Shown: positions 50,800 to 60,766, counted from the first letter of the stretch. The stretch: DNA of 64,000 nt from an uncultured Bdellovibrionales bacterium (GCA_964509425.1 CAZDWZ010000011.1:35429-99428); one strand, 5' to 3'. A program made the numbers and translations. Notes: a model not told the origin generated them from the sequence alone.

Positions 50800-51300
50800 A
50801 TGAATGATGCACCTGAGCGTTTACCTAACTCCATCGACCTGAGAAATGGGATCGCCGATGAGGTTTCTCGCCGGAGAAAGCTATCTCAACTCTCATTGGT
50901 AGAATTGGCGGAGCGAGTCGGAATTGATGAGTATTGGATGTCCGATCTCGAAAATGATGATGCTGAACTCGAGACGAACCTGAGTTTGGACGCAATCACC
51001 AAGCTGTGCGCTGCGGTCTCTTGGGATTTTGTCGAGATGCTGAACTTCCTGCTGAACGACGGTGCGCAGAGTCCCATAGCGGATGTCACCCTTCATCAGC
51101 TTGCAGAAAAGCTTCGGGAGAAAATAATCCTGGTTCATGGAAAGCTTATCGCCGACATCGCCGAGTTGGACTATCACTTCGAACCTTTTTTGAATTCGCC
51201 AAACGACGCGCTTAAGTTGTTTAACCTCGACTATTTTCTCCAGATCTGCCGATATGTCGACGTCGATCCGCGGCGGGTGAGAATGACGATTAAAATGTAA
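50800..51300 (+). CDS. putative XRE-like HTH protein
   Basis: RRKLSQLSLVELAERVGIDEYWMSDLEN resembles the HTH_3 helix-turn-helix. Weak call. Confidence 0.35.
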   Translation: MNDAPERLPNSIDLRNGIADEVSRRRKLSQLSLVELAERVGIDEYWMSDLENDDAELETNLSLDAITKLCAAVSWDFVEMLNFLLNDGAQSPIADVTLHQLAEKLREKIILVHGKLIADIAELDYHFEPFLNSPNDALKLFNLDYFLQICRYVDVDPRRVRMTIKM

Positions 51301-51315
51301 AGACGCGAGAGAAGA

Positions 51316-51672
51316 GTGGTCCTCGATTTTTTATACGATTTGCTCCTGCCCGCAGTCTTTACTGGGGCAGTCGCTTCGGCGATTCTTAGCCGCCGCGCGA
51401 TTAGGTCCCAACCTGGGACTTGGGTCACCTGGCGAATGGTGAATGCGATTGGTGTTATGGTCGGCTACCTGCTTCTGAATTTTAGATACACGAAGCCGAA
51501 CGGCGGATTTGCTTCCGGAATTCCATTTTCGATCGTCACATTTGAGGCAAGTCCACCAGGAGACTATATTTACCCCGCTTTCATTCTCATCGACATCCTG
51601 TTCTGGTTCTGTGTTGTTCACTTCGTTTTTGGCTATTCCTTAGATTGCAAAAACCTTTCGCGGACGAAATGA
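51316..51672 (+). CDS. hypothetical membrane protein
   Basis: Three to four TM helices. Confidence 0.35.
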   Translation: MVLDFLYDLLLPAVFTGAVASAILSRRAIRSQPGTWVTWRMVNAIGVMVGYLLLNFRYTKPNGGFASGIPFSIVTFEASPPGDYIYPAFILIDILFWFCVVHFVFGYSLDCKNLSRTK

Positions 51673-51806
51673 CTGAGCGCATAAAATTCCCTGCGATGAA
51701 CTAAACCGTCAATTCGAATCCAAAGTCACGGCAAAAAGGCGAGGTGCTGAACAACGAGAACATTTTCTCGTCGCCCGATGTTCAGCACCTGCCTTCGCCT
51801 CGATTG

Positions 51807-52154
51807 CTAGTCGAGGTCGATCCGTACGACGATGTCGTTCGGAGCTCCGTTTAGACTGTACTGCGGGCGAATCTCCTCGAATTGAGATTCGTCCCCGGGG
51901 CGAGCCAGCCCGCGGTGAGCGACCAGCAAGCGTGCCTGGTCGAGCCAGTAGTGCTCCGTCGTCACGCTCACGACCGTCGTCCAGTTGCCGACTTCCCAGG
52001 GCGTGAGGCCGCGGGCAGCGACGATCTGGCTGTTGCGGTACACCAGCAGCGTTCCGGACACGCTGAGGTTGGTGAGCACCGGGGCGTAGCGGAAGAACAC
52101 GACGGCGACGGCGACGACGAACAGGGCGAGCAAGATCCAGGGAGACTGCAGCAT
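51807..52154 (-). CDS. hypothetical membrane-anchored protein (GC-rich block)
   Basis: Internal Met followed by LQSPWILLALFVVAVAVVFF anchor. Competing frames exist. Low confidence. Confidence 0.3.
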   Translation of the reverse strand: MLQSPWILLALFVVAVAVVFFRYAPVLTNLSVSGTLLVYRNSQIVAARGLTPWEVGNWTTVVSVTTEHYWLDQARLLVAHRGLARPGDESQFEEIRPQYSLNGAPNDIVVRIDLD

Positions 52155-52616
52155 CTTCAACGACTCCAAACACGGAATGGGCCCGCTCAAAGGTGGCTCA
52201 CAGCGAGCCCGTTCCGCGGAAAAAGATGTCGAGAAATTTCTGCACCGTAATATTAACCTTAGTTGTTCAGCACCTTCACAGAATGGAGTTTTGTCAAAGA
52301 CGGAACGTATTCCAGCATCCGATGTAGACCATCGGACGGAGCGCAAGCGTTACTCATGTAGTTATAGAGAAATGAGGGGAGAGATCTCGATTCTAACCGT
52401 GATTCTAGAATGTCGCGCCGATGTTGTAAGTCTGTTTTATGATATCGGCTCGCGAGAGCTTCCCGTGGGCGCGGAACTTTTCACCCGCCTTCTCATCTCC
52501 GCTTGAGCGTCTCAAGCGAAGTCCTTGCGGGAGTGGAATCTCGCTTCGCCTTTGCTTTCATAAACCGCTCGAGGCAATATCGTGTCGAACAACGCGCACT
52601 CGAGGAGCTCCGTGTT

Positions 52617-53243
52617 ATGAAACTCGAAGTCTGGCTGGCTTTCGTCGCTGTTTGCACCTTGGTCAGTATCTCTCCCGGTCCTGGCGCAGTCTCGAGCATG
52701 AGTAATTCTCTAAGCTACGGTTTCGGCCGTGGACTCATCAACGTTCTCGGACTTCAATGCGCACTCCTCATTCATCTAACGTTCCTCGCGCTTGGACTCG
52801 GAGCGCTCTTTGCAACTTCGGAAGTCGCCTTTGCTCTTCTGAAGTACGCGGGAGCTGCATACCTGATCTATCTCGGGATCAAGAAGTGGACGACGGAGGG
52901 AGGATTTAATCTTTCGAAGACAGAACGACTTCAGCTCCCGGCGAAAACATTATTTCTCCGGGGTCTCGGCGTGAACCTCACGAATCCGAAGTCGATGGTC
53001 TTCTTTGGAGCATTGCTGCCGCAATTCATTGACCCAGCCGCGCCGCAGCTCCTGCAGTTTGCGATCCTGGCGGTAACAATCGTGCTGATAGACGGCCTGG
53101 TGATGGGTGCCTACGGATTTCTCGCGTCCAGCGTCCGCGGCTTCTTCGAGGATGCCCGGCGGATGAGAATTGCAAACCGTGCGTTCGGCAGCCTGTTTAT
53201 GATCGCCGGGTTTGCGCTTCTGGCCGCCAAACGAAAGGCTTAG
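52617..53243 (+). CDS. LysE/RhtB family amino-acid efflux translocator
   Basis: MKLEVWLAFVAVCTLVSISPGPGAVSSMSNSLSYGFGRGL is the canonical LysE N-terminus (S/TPGP motif). Six TM helices. Confidence 0.75.
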   Translation: MKLEVWLAFVAVCTLVSISPGPGAVSSMSNSLSYGFGRGLINVLGLQCALLIHLTFLALGLGALFATSEVAFALLKYAGAAYLIYLGIKKWTTEGGFNLSKTERLQLPAKTLFLRGLGVNLTNPKSMVFFGALLPQFIDPAAPQLLQFAILAVTIVLIDGLVMGAYGFLASSVRGFFEDARRMRIANRAFGSLFMIAGFALLAAKRKA

Positions 53244-53337
53244 TGCTCGAAACTTTCAGCGCGAATCCCAAAGATGCAAGAGGATTTCTATAAAGACGAG
53301 AATGGAACTGTTGGGCTCTCGAGCGTCCTGGAGATTG

Positions 53338-53787
53338 TTACTTCGTCACAAACTGCTTTCCTTCACGCTTCACGAGTGCGGCGATATCCTGATCTCGTTC
53401 AACGTAGCCTTTACTCATACCGTCCTTCCCATAATAGTAGACATAGGCCTGATCGCTACCATTCGAAATGAGCTTATAACTACGGCCGTACGGATCGAGC
53501 GGAATCTTGGCGAGAAAATCGGGGACGAGCTCGTCGAATGCTTTCGGTAGCCGCCCATGGACGTTGCCGAACCGGGCCACGGTCCGGGCGAGTTCAACCA
53601 CCGTTCGCCCCGCAGCAGCTTTCTCCTCGAGGTCCGCAGCTCCTTCCGGACTCCTGGCACGAGTCGTTGAAAAAGCAAGGAACAGTAAAAAAATGATCGC
53701 AAACCCGATCACGACGGTCACCGGCCGATCGAGGGGAGTTCCAACTTTTGGCTCCGGTTCGAGTGGTTTAGTGTCTAACGATTCCAT
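53338..53787 (-). CDS. type II secretion pseudopilin GspG-like domain protein (atypical N-terminus)
   Basis: AKIPLDPYGRSYKLISNG...YVYYYGKDG resembles the T2SS-G C-terminal DPWGxxYxY motif. One TM helix but no canonical GFTLIE prepilin motif. Confidence 0.4.
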   Translation of the reverse strand: MESLDTKPLEPEPKVGTPLDRPVTVVIGFAIIFLLFLAFSTTRARSPEGAADLEEKAAAGRTVVELARTVARFGNVHGRLPKAFDELVPDFLAKIPLDPYGRSYKLISNGSDQAYVYYYGKDGMSKGYVERDQDIAALVKREGKQFVTK

Positions 53788-54247
53788 AATCGATTTATCG
53801 GCAGGGGCGCGCTTCGAGTCTCGTGCGCATTCGCACAATTAGGCACTTTTTTCGCGAAACGGCGCAGTTTTATTGAAACCGGCGGATATTTTGACGCAAT
53901 CAACTCATTGCAAATACGCAAATACATCAGTTTCCTCGGCAGAAGGCCGAGGCACGTAAGTATGTGATTCGCAATTGGTCAGAGGCGATTCACGTACCAA
54001 CATCCTTGAGGTTGTCGCATCTTGACGATTCTTCGGCACTCTCAAAGCTTCGTCGGAAGCCAGAAAACTTCAATTGCTCGTTACACAAAATTGCAGAGCG
54101 ATTGTTTAGCGAGTGCAAAACGGTTGCTCAGCAGATCGCGATTCGAAATTGAATTGATCAGAGTTTGCGATCAACTTTCTTGTGTGTCACGCGGACGAGT
54201 CTCCGCGTCATATTTCCTTGAGAACTGCAATTTCATCGAGGGCACAG

Positions 54248-57094
54248 ATGACAATCACATCAAATCAGAGTGGTGCTGGCATCCAACAAACATCATCGGA
54301 CGATGGTCGAGATGTTTTGCTTTTCCCGTCTCTGGGTCGAGAGTTACTCAACCAGCTCGAGAATACGAAATTTGTGATGACGCTTCCGGAGCCGCTGGAG
54401 GATGGACCTCGAGGCGATGAGCCGAAGCGAGACGAGCCACGGCGTGATGAACCGAAGAAGGACGAACCGAGGCGTGGAGACGTTCGACAATTTCTCGAGA
54501 GAATGGCACGCGATCCATTGTCGATGATCGAGGATGTTCTAAAAAACGGTCCTCAGAAAGCGGCGACGCTGCTGTTCGACACTCTCTCAGTGAAATCGCC
54601 GGAAACAGCGGCGCTTGTTTTTCGCTCGTTGCCTCCGCTCACTGGTACGTCGGCCGGTGATGCGATGATCGTGCTCGCTTGCGTGCGACATCCGGACGTC
54701 GCGAAGCGTTTCATCGACAGCATTCCTCCGGGCGCCGCCACGGGGTTGGGAGATGCCGAGCTTCTCGCCTACATCAAGGCGCACGTAGAGATAGCACCGG
54801 CGATGCAGATTCTTCTTGACGATAAGTTTTCGGGCGGAAAAGGCAAACTCACCGACAAGGAGCGGGATATCATCGCGAAGTCGATGTCTTCGGCTTCCCA
54901 GGAAGCGGCGATGTTCCTTGCTGAGCGCGTTCTTGAGCGAGCGCCCCTTGAAGCGGGAGTGCTCCTCCGAAATCCAGAGGCGCTGAGCGGACATGCACGC
55001 GGGGCTTCGATCTTCGCGAATGTCGCTCGATATGCACCCGAAGCAGTCACTGCGGAAGTTTTGAAGCCGCTTACGGCGGAGTTGAGGAACGCTGTTCTCG
55101 AGATTCGTGACGCGACGCTGTTCCTGAAGAAACTCGACCCGCGGCTTGTCGTGGGAGGTGACGCCTTGCCGATGGACGAAGTCGCGCGAGGGAAGGTCCG
55201 GGACCTTGTACTCAAGGCCGATGTGTCGAAGCTGCCGGATGCCGTACTTCACCGAAGCGTGCAAATGTTGGGGAAAATTGCGCCTGACATCGCGGCAGAG
55301 TTGGGATTCCGAAACGCGAGCCGATTCAAGAGCCCGGATGCGATGGCCGTGCTCGCGGAGCTGACGATTTATAATCCAGAAGGGGCGCTCGACAAAGCAA
55401 AAGAATTTCTCAAGCAAAAGCACATGTTGGGAAAGATCGTGGTTGCCGAGGCAATGTTCTATTTCGCGCTCATGAACCCTGAAGCTGCGACACGGCGGTG
55501 CGACGATCTTATTGCCGGCCCGCTTGCGGACGATAAGCGCACGGGAGATCGGTTGAGACAGAACGTGGGACTTGCAAAGGCATTCCGCCTGACGTTGGGA
55601 AACGATAAATTAGAAGATCCGGTAAAGACGAGAGCGATGATCGAAGGAGTAGAAAAACTCGGACCTACGGTACGAAATGAATTTCTGAGCATCTTTGGTC
55701 CGTTGGCTCCGCACATCCTGATTGAAAATCCCTCGCTTCTTAAAATTCCGGAAATGCTCAGAATCGCCGCAGAGTTCGCCGCGAAGGATCCGGCTTTTGT
55801 CATCAGCCGATTTGCTGAGCATAAAAACGAGCAGCTTCTCCGCACCGCAGCATTCGCGCTCGGAGCCGAAAAATCCTTCGGCCCTGAAGCTCCGCTTGAA
55901 GAAGTGCCGCGAGAGATCGCCGCATTTAAGCTCGATGACAAGGCGAGGGCTCTCGCGGTCGAAAGTTTCAAGGCAGGGCTCGCCGCCGGAAAGGACATTT
56001 ATTTGCTTCGAGGAACCCCGCCGCCAAAAGACGGAACTCCGGGGATGCTCATCGCCGAGCCGGCAATCCGGCGTGTTGCAGAGATTAAAGCCGCCGATCT
56101 TCTTTTCCCCGCCACGAATGGGAAGCTCGTGCCGTTTGAGAAATTATCCGATGCCGAGCGTGCCTCTTGGACCCCCCGCGCCATTTTAGAATTGAAGATG
56201 GCTGTTTCGAGAAACTTGCCGGAAGGCACGACGAAGGTCACCGCGGACCTGGTACAGGCGGGATGCAAAACTCTTTTTGAAGCTGCCGGGAAATACGATT
56301 CGATTGCCGTGGCAAAAGGGAGAGACGTGTACGTTCTTGCGAACAGCGATAATTGGCGGGAAAATTTGAAGGGTCTAAACATGCCGCCATGGGTGAGCTT
56401 CTGGGCCGAAAAATCTCTTGGTGAGCCGAACGCCTTTGCCGGAAAGGAACTGATGAAGTCGTTAAAGGCTCAAGAAGCGCGCTCGGTGTCTCGGTTCTCT
56501 CCTGCGGTTACCGATCTGAGTCCATCAGTGGCGAAGAACAATTTTCTCGCGACGTTTGAGACAGCGAAAATCAAATCGACATTCATCTTCGCCGGTCATG
56601 GCTCTCCGACCGGGCTTGCGTCGACGGGAGGAGACGTAGTGAACGGGCTCCCGACAAAGGGTGAAGCGGAGATTGCTCCAGGTGAGCTCGCGGAAGTTCT
56701 CATACGACGTGCCGAAGCATTGAAGGCGGGCAAGGTGTCTGTTGAGGATCGGGATCTGGTGATCCTCGATAGCTGCTTTTCGCAGGACTACATGCGCGCG
56801 GTGTTCTCAAGAATCAGCGAGAAATGCACCGATCCTGAAGTGCTCGCCCGGTTGCCCATCTTTGCCGTTGCTTCCGAGCACGGTCATTTATCATACGGGA
56901 GGGCGACAAAGGATCGGGATTCGTTCGTCGGATATATGTTCCGGGGCACCGGAACGACGACGCTAAAAGATCTCAGATTCTTAATTCTCCCGACTTCGAA
57001 CCCCGGTCTTTTCTTTCTCGAACCCGGAAAGTCAGGAGAGGTCCCGCGAATGTTTCAGTTGGGAAGCGATGTGCGGCCGAGGAACTATGCGTAA
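54248..57094 (+). CDS. large alpha-helical repeat protein with C-terminal caspase-like (clan CD) His/Cys dyad domain
   Basis: GAGGG RBS before the internal ATG. N-terminal KRDEPRRDEPKKDEPRR low-complexity tract. ~700 aa of ARM/HEAT-like helices. C-terminal STFIFAGHGSP ... 58 aa ... LVILDSCFSQ matches the hydrophobic-strand-HG / hydrophobic-strand-(D/A/S)C pattern of peptidase clan CD (caspase/CHAT/gingipain). Confidence 0.55.
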   Translation: MTITSNQSGAGIQQTSSDDGRDVLLFPSLGRELLNQLENTKFVMTLPEPLEDGPRGDEPKRDEPRRDEPKKDEPRRGDVRQFLERMARDPLSMIEDVLKNGPQKAATLLFDTLSVKSPETAALVFRSLPPLTGTSAGDAMIVLACVRHPDVAKRFIDSIPPGAATGLGDAELLAYIKAHVEIAPAMQILLDDKFSGGKGKLTDKERDIIAKSMSSASQEAAMFLAERVLERAPLEAGVLLRNPEALSGHARGASIFANVARYAPEAVTAEVLKPLTAELRNAVLEIRDATLFLKKLDPRLVVGGDALPMDEVARGKVRDLVLKADVSKLPDAVLHRSVQMLGKIAPDIAAELGFRNASRFKSPDAMAVLAELTIYNPEGALDKAKEFLKQKHMLGKIVVAEAMFYFALMNPEAATRRCDDLIAGPLADDKRTGDRLRQNVGLAKAFRLTLGNDKLEDPVKTRAMIEGVEKLGPTVRNEFLSIFGPLAPHILIENPSLLKIPEMLRIAAEFAAKDPAFVISRFAEHKNEQLLRTAAFALGAEKSFGPEAPLEEVPREIAAFKLDDKARALAVESFKAGLAAGKDIYLLRGTPPPKDGTPGMLIAEPAIRRVAEIKAADLLFPATNGKLVPFEKLSDAERASWTPRAILELKMAVSRNLPEGTTKVTADLVQAGCKTLFEAAGKYDSIAVAKGRDVYVLANSDNWRENLKGLNMPPWVSFWAEKSLGEPNAFAGKELMKSLKAQEARSVSRFSPAVTDLSPSVAKNNFLATFETAKIKSTFIFAGHGSPTGLASTGGDVVNGLPTKGEAEIAPGELAEVLIRRAEALKAGKVSVEDRDLVILDSCFSQDYMRAVFSRISEKCTDPEVLARLPIFAVASEHGHLSYGRATKDRDSFVGYMFRGTGTTTLKDLRFLILPTSNPGLFFLEPGKSGEVPRMFQLGSDVRPRNYA

Positions 57095-57197
57095 ATCTTC
57101 GCGGGAATGATCCTCCCCGGGATTTTACACCGAGAAGTAGGGGCGTTTCATTTCCGCGTGCGAGCGGCGCACGCGGATGGGTGCTAATCGGGCTGCA

Positions 57198-57325
57198 TAC
57201 GAAGCCTTAAAGCACCTGTACGAACTCGCGAGGAGAACTCCTGCGCGACTCTACGAGTGCTTAAGGCACTTGTATTTTGAAGCCGCCGGGGTCTGCGAAG
57301 CCTTAAAGCACTTGTATATTGTCTG
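57198..57325. repeat. three imperfect ~45-bp tandem repeats with core G(A/T)GCCTTAA(A/G)GCAC(C/T)TGTA
   Basis: gaagccttaaagcacctgta / gagtgcttaaggcacttgta / gaagccttaaagcacttgta. Each contains a near-palindromic CTTAAG core. Lies in the convergent intergenic region between the 970-aa gene and the PEP-hydrolase-like gene. Confidence 0.6.
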
Positions 57326-57698
57326 CGCGGAGATTCTGACGCTGATTTTTTTGCTGATGGGGGAAACTTTTGCTGCTTCCTGCCGATTTGATCCTTGTGG
57401 ATGGAGCTTTCAGGGGGGAATGGTTAGAGATTGATTGTTCCAAGCTGGCGAGGCACATCTTTTGAACGCTTTGTAAAACTTGCCAGCGGCCGCCCGGGTT
57501 GAATCGGGTCGGCCCTCCGCTTTTGTGGCACTCGCCAGGCTTGTAACACGCCACTCTGGAACATTTCGGGCGTGTCACACGTCAGGCGGTCTCTCTCGTC
57601 AGACCAGCGTCGTCGCGGTCGTCAATGGGACGCGTTCATACGATCAAGAGTCGCTGTGTCATCATATCGTCGGTCATCGAACCCTCGGAGCTGCGGCA

Positions 57699-58535
57699 TC
57701 ATACCTTCAGCTCGCGCCGGATCGCCCTGAACTTCTTCACCTGTTCGGTGAGGGCGATCTCGCAAGGCAATCGTTCGATCGAACTTGCGCCGTAGAACCC
57801 GCCGACGATCGGGACGCGGTCAAGGACGTACTTCGCGTCGTCCGGCATCGAGATGACGCCGCCGTGGCAGAGGACGATGACGTCCCCTCGCTCCTCCCGC
57901 GCTGCCTCGGCGATCGCCCGCACTTGGGCGACGGCCCCGTCGAGCGTCACACGAGCCTCCGCACCGATGCTCCCTCCGGTGGTGAGTCCGAGGTGGGCCA
58001 CGATCACGTCGGCCCCCGCCCGCGTCATGCGTTTTGCCTCGCTGGCGTTAAACGCATACGGACTCGTGAACATGTCGGCCTCGTGCGCGGCCGCGATCCA
58101 GTCCACCTCCTTGTCGTACCCGAAACCGGTCTTCTCGAGATCGACACGGAAGTTCCCGTCAATCAACCCCACCGTCGGATAGTTCTGGATGCCGCTGTAC
58201 CCGAGCGCCTTTAGCCTCGGGATGAAGGTGTGCGGTGGATAGCGCGGGTCGACCCCGTGCACGCCCGCGAGAACCGGGGTCTTCGGCGCGGCGGTGATGA
58301 TCTCCGCAGCCATCTCGAGGACGAGCGCGTTCGCATCGCAGAATGACAACATCCCGGCTAAACTCCCGAGCCCCGCCATGCGGAAGCGGCCGGAGTTGTA
58401 GACGATCAGCAGGTCGATCCCGCCCACCTCGGCGAACTTCGCGCTCAGGCCGATGCCTGCGCCGCCGCCGATGATCGGCTCGTCGCGTTCGATCTTCGCC
58501 CGGAGACGGGCGAGGATGTCGGTCCGCTTGAACAT
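57699..58535 (-). CDS. phosphoenolpyruvate-hydrolase-like TIM-barrel protein (PF09370-like)
   Basis: Full-length similarity by eye to the 'TIM-barrel signal transduction / PEP hydrolase' family: IIGGGAGIGLSAKFAEVGGIDLLIVYNSGRFRMAG...GVHG...ADVIVAHLGLTTGG. Start at the internal ATG. Confidence 0.6.
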   Translation of the reverse strand: MFKRTDILARLRAKIERDEPIIGGGAGIGLSAKFAEVGGIDLLIVYNSGRFRMAGLGSLAGMLSFCDANALVLEMAAEIITAAPKTPVLAGVHGVDPRYPPHTFIPRLKALGYSGIQNYPTVGLIDGNFRVDLEKTGFGYDKEVDWIAAAHEADMFTSPYAFNASEAKRMTRAGADVIVAHLGLTTGGSIGAEARVTLDGAVAQVRAIAEAAREERGDVIVLCHGGVISMPDDAKYVLDRVPIVGGFYGASSIERLPCEIALTEQVKKFRAIRRELKV

Positions 58536-59134
58536 GTCGACTCCTGGAACTGGGTAATGGTTTGCCGGCCGGCTGGCGGGCAGGCGCTCCGAAAGGCGTT
58601 CGGAAGACACCTCTAAAAACGCGAGACGCATTCTTAGAGATGTCTTCGAAATACCAAGGAACGAGACGAAGCAGAAATCGTGTCGATAGAACCTGAAAAA
58701 AGATGTGCTCTCGTATCGAAAATAGAAATGAGAGTAGAGATTCTTCCCCTATGCGAAGCTGTATTGATGAAAGGGACGCTGAATACTATGCCTCCGTGCG
58801 GAAACACAAATCGACCTTGAGAATTTTCGATTTCTTTAAATGCGTTTGATACTCGCGGTGAACATCTGTGAGCAAATTGTATTCAACATCATGACTTAGC
58901 AATACGGAGGGACAGCGACGAACTTCGAGAACGGAGTTCACTGCAGATCACCGGCGCACGCGTGGAGGAGCGCAGACCTGTAATGATCGGATTCCACTCG
59001 GTGAATCCCCTAGAATATGCTCTTTGAGAGCTCCGAATTCGCAAACTCCGGAAAGATTATTGACCTATGCGGGTCCAACTCCGCTAATAAACGAAGCGGC
59101 TTAGGAAATCGGCCGTCATTCGTCGCGGAGCCTC

Positions 59135-59686
59135 ATGTTTAGACTTTTCAATCTATTTTCGATTCCGGTCTATTTCCACTGGTCGACCGCACTCGTTTTC
59201 TTGATATTGCTGCCGCTCAAGATGGCGGTGGGTTACGTCGCGGTGCTTCTGCTCATTCTGATTCATGAAATGGGACACTACATCGCGGCGCGTCGAAACG
59301 GTCTCGTCGGGACTGCAATCGAAATCTATCCGTTCTACGGCCTTTTCCATTGCGATGAGATCACGAGCCGAAGAGCAGGCCTCTGGCTCTACTTTGGCGG
59401 CGTCATCGCGCAGCTTATTGTGTTCGCGATTGCGCTTGTGATCGGAATTTACAGCTCCGACTTTCTGAGAACCGCGCCCAAATACATCGATGCGATCTTT
59501 AACGTTTTCGTCCCAATCAATCTGTTGATGGTGTTCACGAATCTGTTGCCCATCGAACCGCTTGACGGCTGGTTTATTCGAGGGCTGCTGCGGAGAGAGC
59601 CGTTGCCTGAGCGACAACCCCCACGGCCGCTGAAGCCGAAAGAACGTCAACTTCGCGTTGTCTCGCGCGATGATCACCTTCATTGA
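59135..59686 (+). CDS. membrane zinc metalloprotease, site-2-protease (M50)-like
   Basis: HEMGHYIAAR HExxH motif inside a TM helix. Four to five TM helices. Size and topology like small M50B/SpoIVFB-type proteins. Confidence 0.55.
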   Translation: MFRLFNLFSIPVYFHWSTALVFLILLPLKMAVGYVAVLLLILIHEMGHYIAARRNGLVGTAIEIYPFYGLFHCDEITSRRAGLWLYFGGVIAQLIVFAIALVIGIYSSDFLRTAPKYIDAIFNVFVPINLLMVFTNLLPIEPLDGWFIRGLLRREPLPERQPPRPLKPKERQLRVVSRDDHLH

Positions 59687-59747
59687 GTTGGATTCGGTTC
59701 GCAGAAATTCCATGCTGCACGGGCGCACAGGGACCAAGCGCTAAGAA

Positions 59748-60090
59748 GCGAACCGAAGCCGCATAGCTCGAACCATCAGCAGACGCCGAAGGAAGAGTGC
59801 GTATGCGGCTAAGGCAAGCTCACCGGGTGTTCTTGTCACCCCGGGAGCTCAGGTGGTTACGTTCCTTCCATGACCATGCGGCCGGGGGGCGAGTTGCCTC
59901 CGCCACCGCCGCTGTGCACTCTGCCATGGCCGCCTTGGTCGCGGCTCATGAGAGATCGGAAGGACCAAACCACCACCGCAGAAAAGAGACGCACAGTTTG
60001 CATCGCTTTTCCTCCTACGCAGCTCTTCAGAACTTACGGTCTCCGGAGTTGTACCGGCACCAGGGAGCGAAGAGGCCCGCTCAGATCGCG
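59748..60090. repeat. copy A of a ~340-bp duplicated element (direct repeat of 62679-63030)
   Basis: Shares long identical blocks with copy B: gcgaaccgaagccgcatagctc, gcgtatgcg, ccggg..cccgg, gaccaaaccac.a..cgcagaaaagagacgca.agtttgcatcgct.ttcctcctacgcagctcttc. Roughly 75-85% identity by eye. Confidence 0.7.
59857..60003 (-). CDS. conserved mini-ORF (48 aa) inside repeat copy A
   Basis: Minus-strand AGGAGGaaaagcgATG (perfect SD, 7-nt spacing). MQTVRLFSAVVVWSFRSLMSRDQGGHGRVHSGGGGGNSPPGRMVMEGT. The N-terminal 16 aa are nearly identical to the mini-ORF in copy B. Coordinates +/-2. Confidence 0.4.
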   Translation of the reverse strand: MQTVRLFSAVVVWSFRSLMSRDQGGHGRVHSGGGGGNSPPGRMVMEGT

Positions 60091-60319
60091 ACGAGCTATT
60101 CCTCGGTTTCGACCTCAGCGCTGATCTTCGCTGAACAATAGAACTATACGACTTTGGTTCTCGCAGTTTATCATTGTTGTCTTCGAGTTTCATCGGCAGT
60201 TCTGCGAATCACCCGCGAAAACTGCGCCGATTCTCACTTTGCGCGATTGCAATCCAGTTGCATTTCGCGGCAATATTTCACGCCAGACCGGCTCTACGTT
60301 TCTTCGAGGAATTTTCAGG

Positions 60320-60766
60320 ATGTCATTTTTCATCGGTAACGAAATCAACTCAGCGATCAAATCACTTTCACTTGAATCCGAGGCGGCTCGCTTACCGGAA
60401 ACACAAGCCGAAACGGTAAGGAATGACATTCAATCAAAGTTCGTGAACGGAAACGGATTGTGGTGGGAACATTTCGTGGAGCCGACGGCATCCGTTTGGT
60501 TTAAAGCAGGCGACGCGTATCAGAGTCTTACGCGTTTTGTGCCGAAGCCGGATGAAAACTGCTGGCTGCTTTTCGAATCGCCTGATGCTGCCGGGCTTGT
60601 AATCTACGAGCTGACTCCGAGTACGGCTGTCAAAATTTTGGGCGAATGCGCAGGCTGTGAATATTATCTCGTCTCGAAAGATCTTGACTGGCTGATCTGC
60701 GAGAACGACCATGATGTGCTTATCGGGAGCGGCGAACCGGTGGTTCGGGCCATGTCCGCAAAATAA
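60320..60766 (+). CDS. hypothetical cytoplasmic protein
   Basis: Internal ATG of a 175-aa ORF. No recognised domain. Confidence 0.4.
   Translation: MSFFIGNEINSAIKSLSLESEAARLPETQAETVRNDIQSKFVNGNGLWWEHFVEPTASVWFKAGDAYQSLTRFVPKPDENCWLLFESPDAAGLVIYELTPSTAVKILGECAGCEYYLVSKDLDWLICENDHDVLIGSGEPVVRAMSAK

Noticed and set aside
59748-60090. tmRNA or another known housekeeping ncRNA as the identity of the duplicated element
   Set aside because: There is no tRNA-like acceptor/T-arm and no tag-peptide reading frame ending in a YALAA-type sequence. Two diverged copies 3 kb apart are not expected for ssrA. It remains an unclassified element.
59797-60193. Track ORFs 59797..60141 (+), 59849..60193 (-) and 62792..63115 (+) inside the duplicated element
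   Set aside because: Their reading frames are not conserved between the two copies and their composition is low-complexity. Only the short minus-strand mini-ORF with the AGGAGG SD is conserved in frame.
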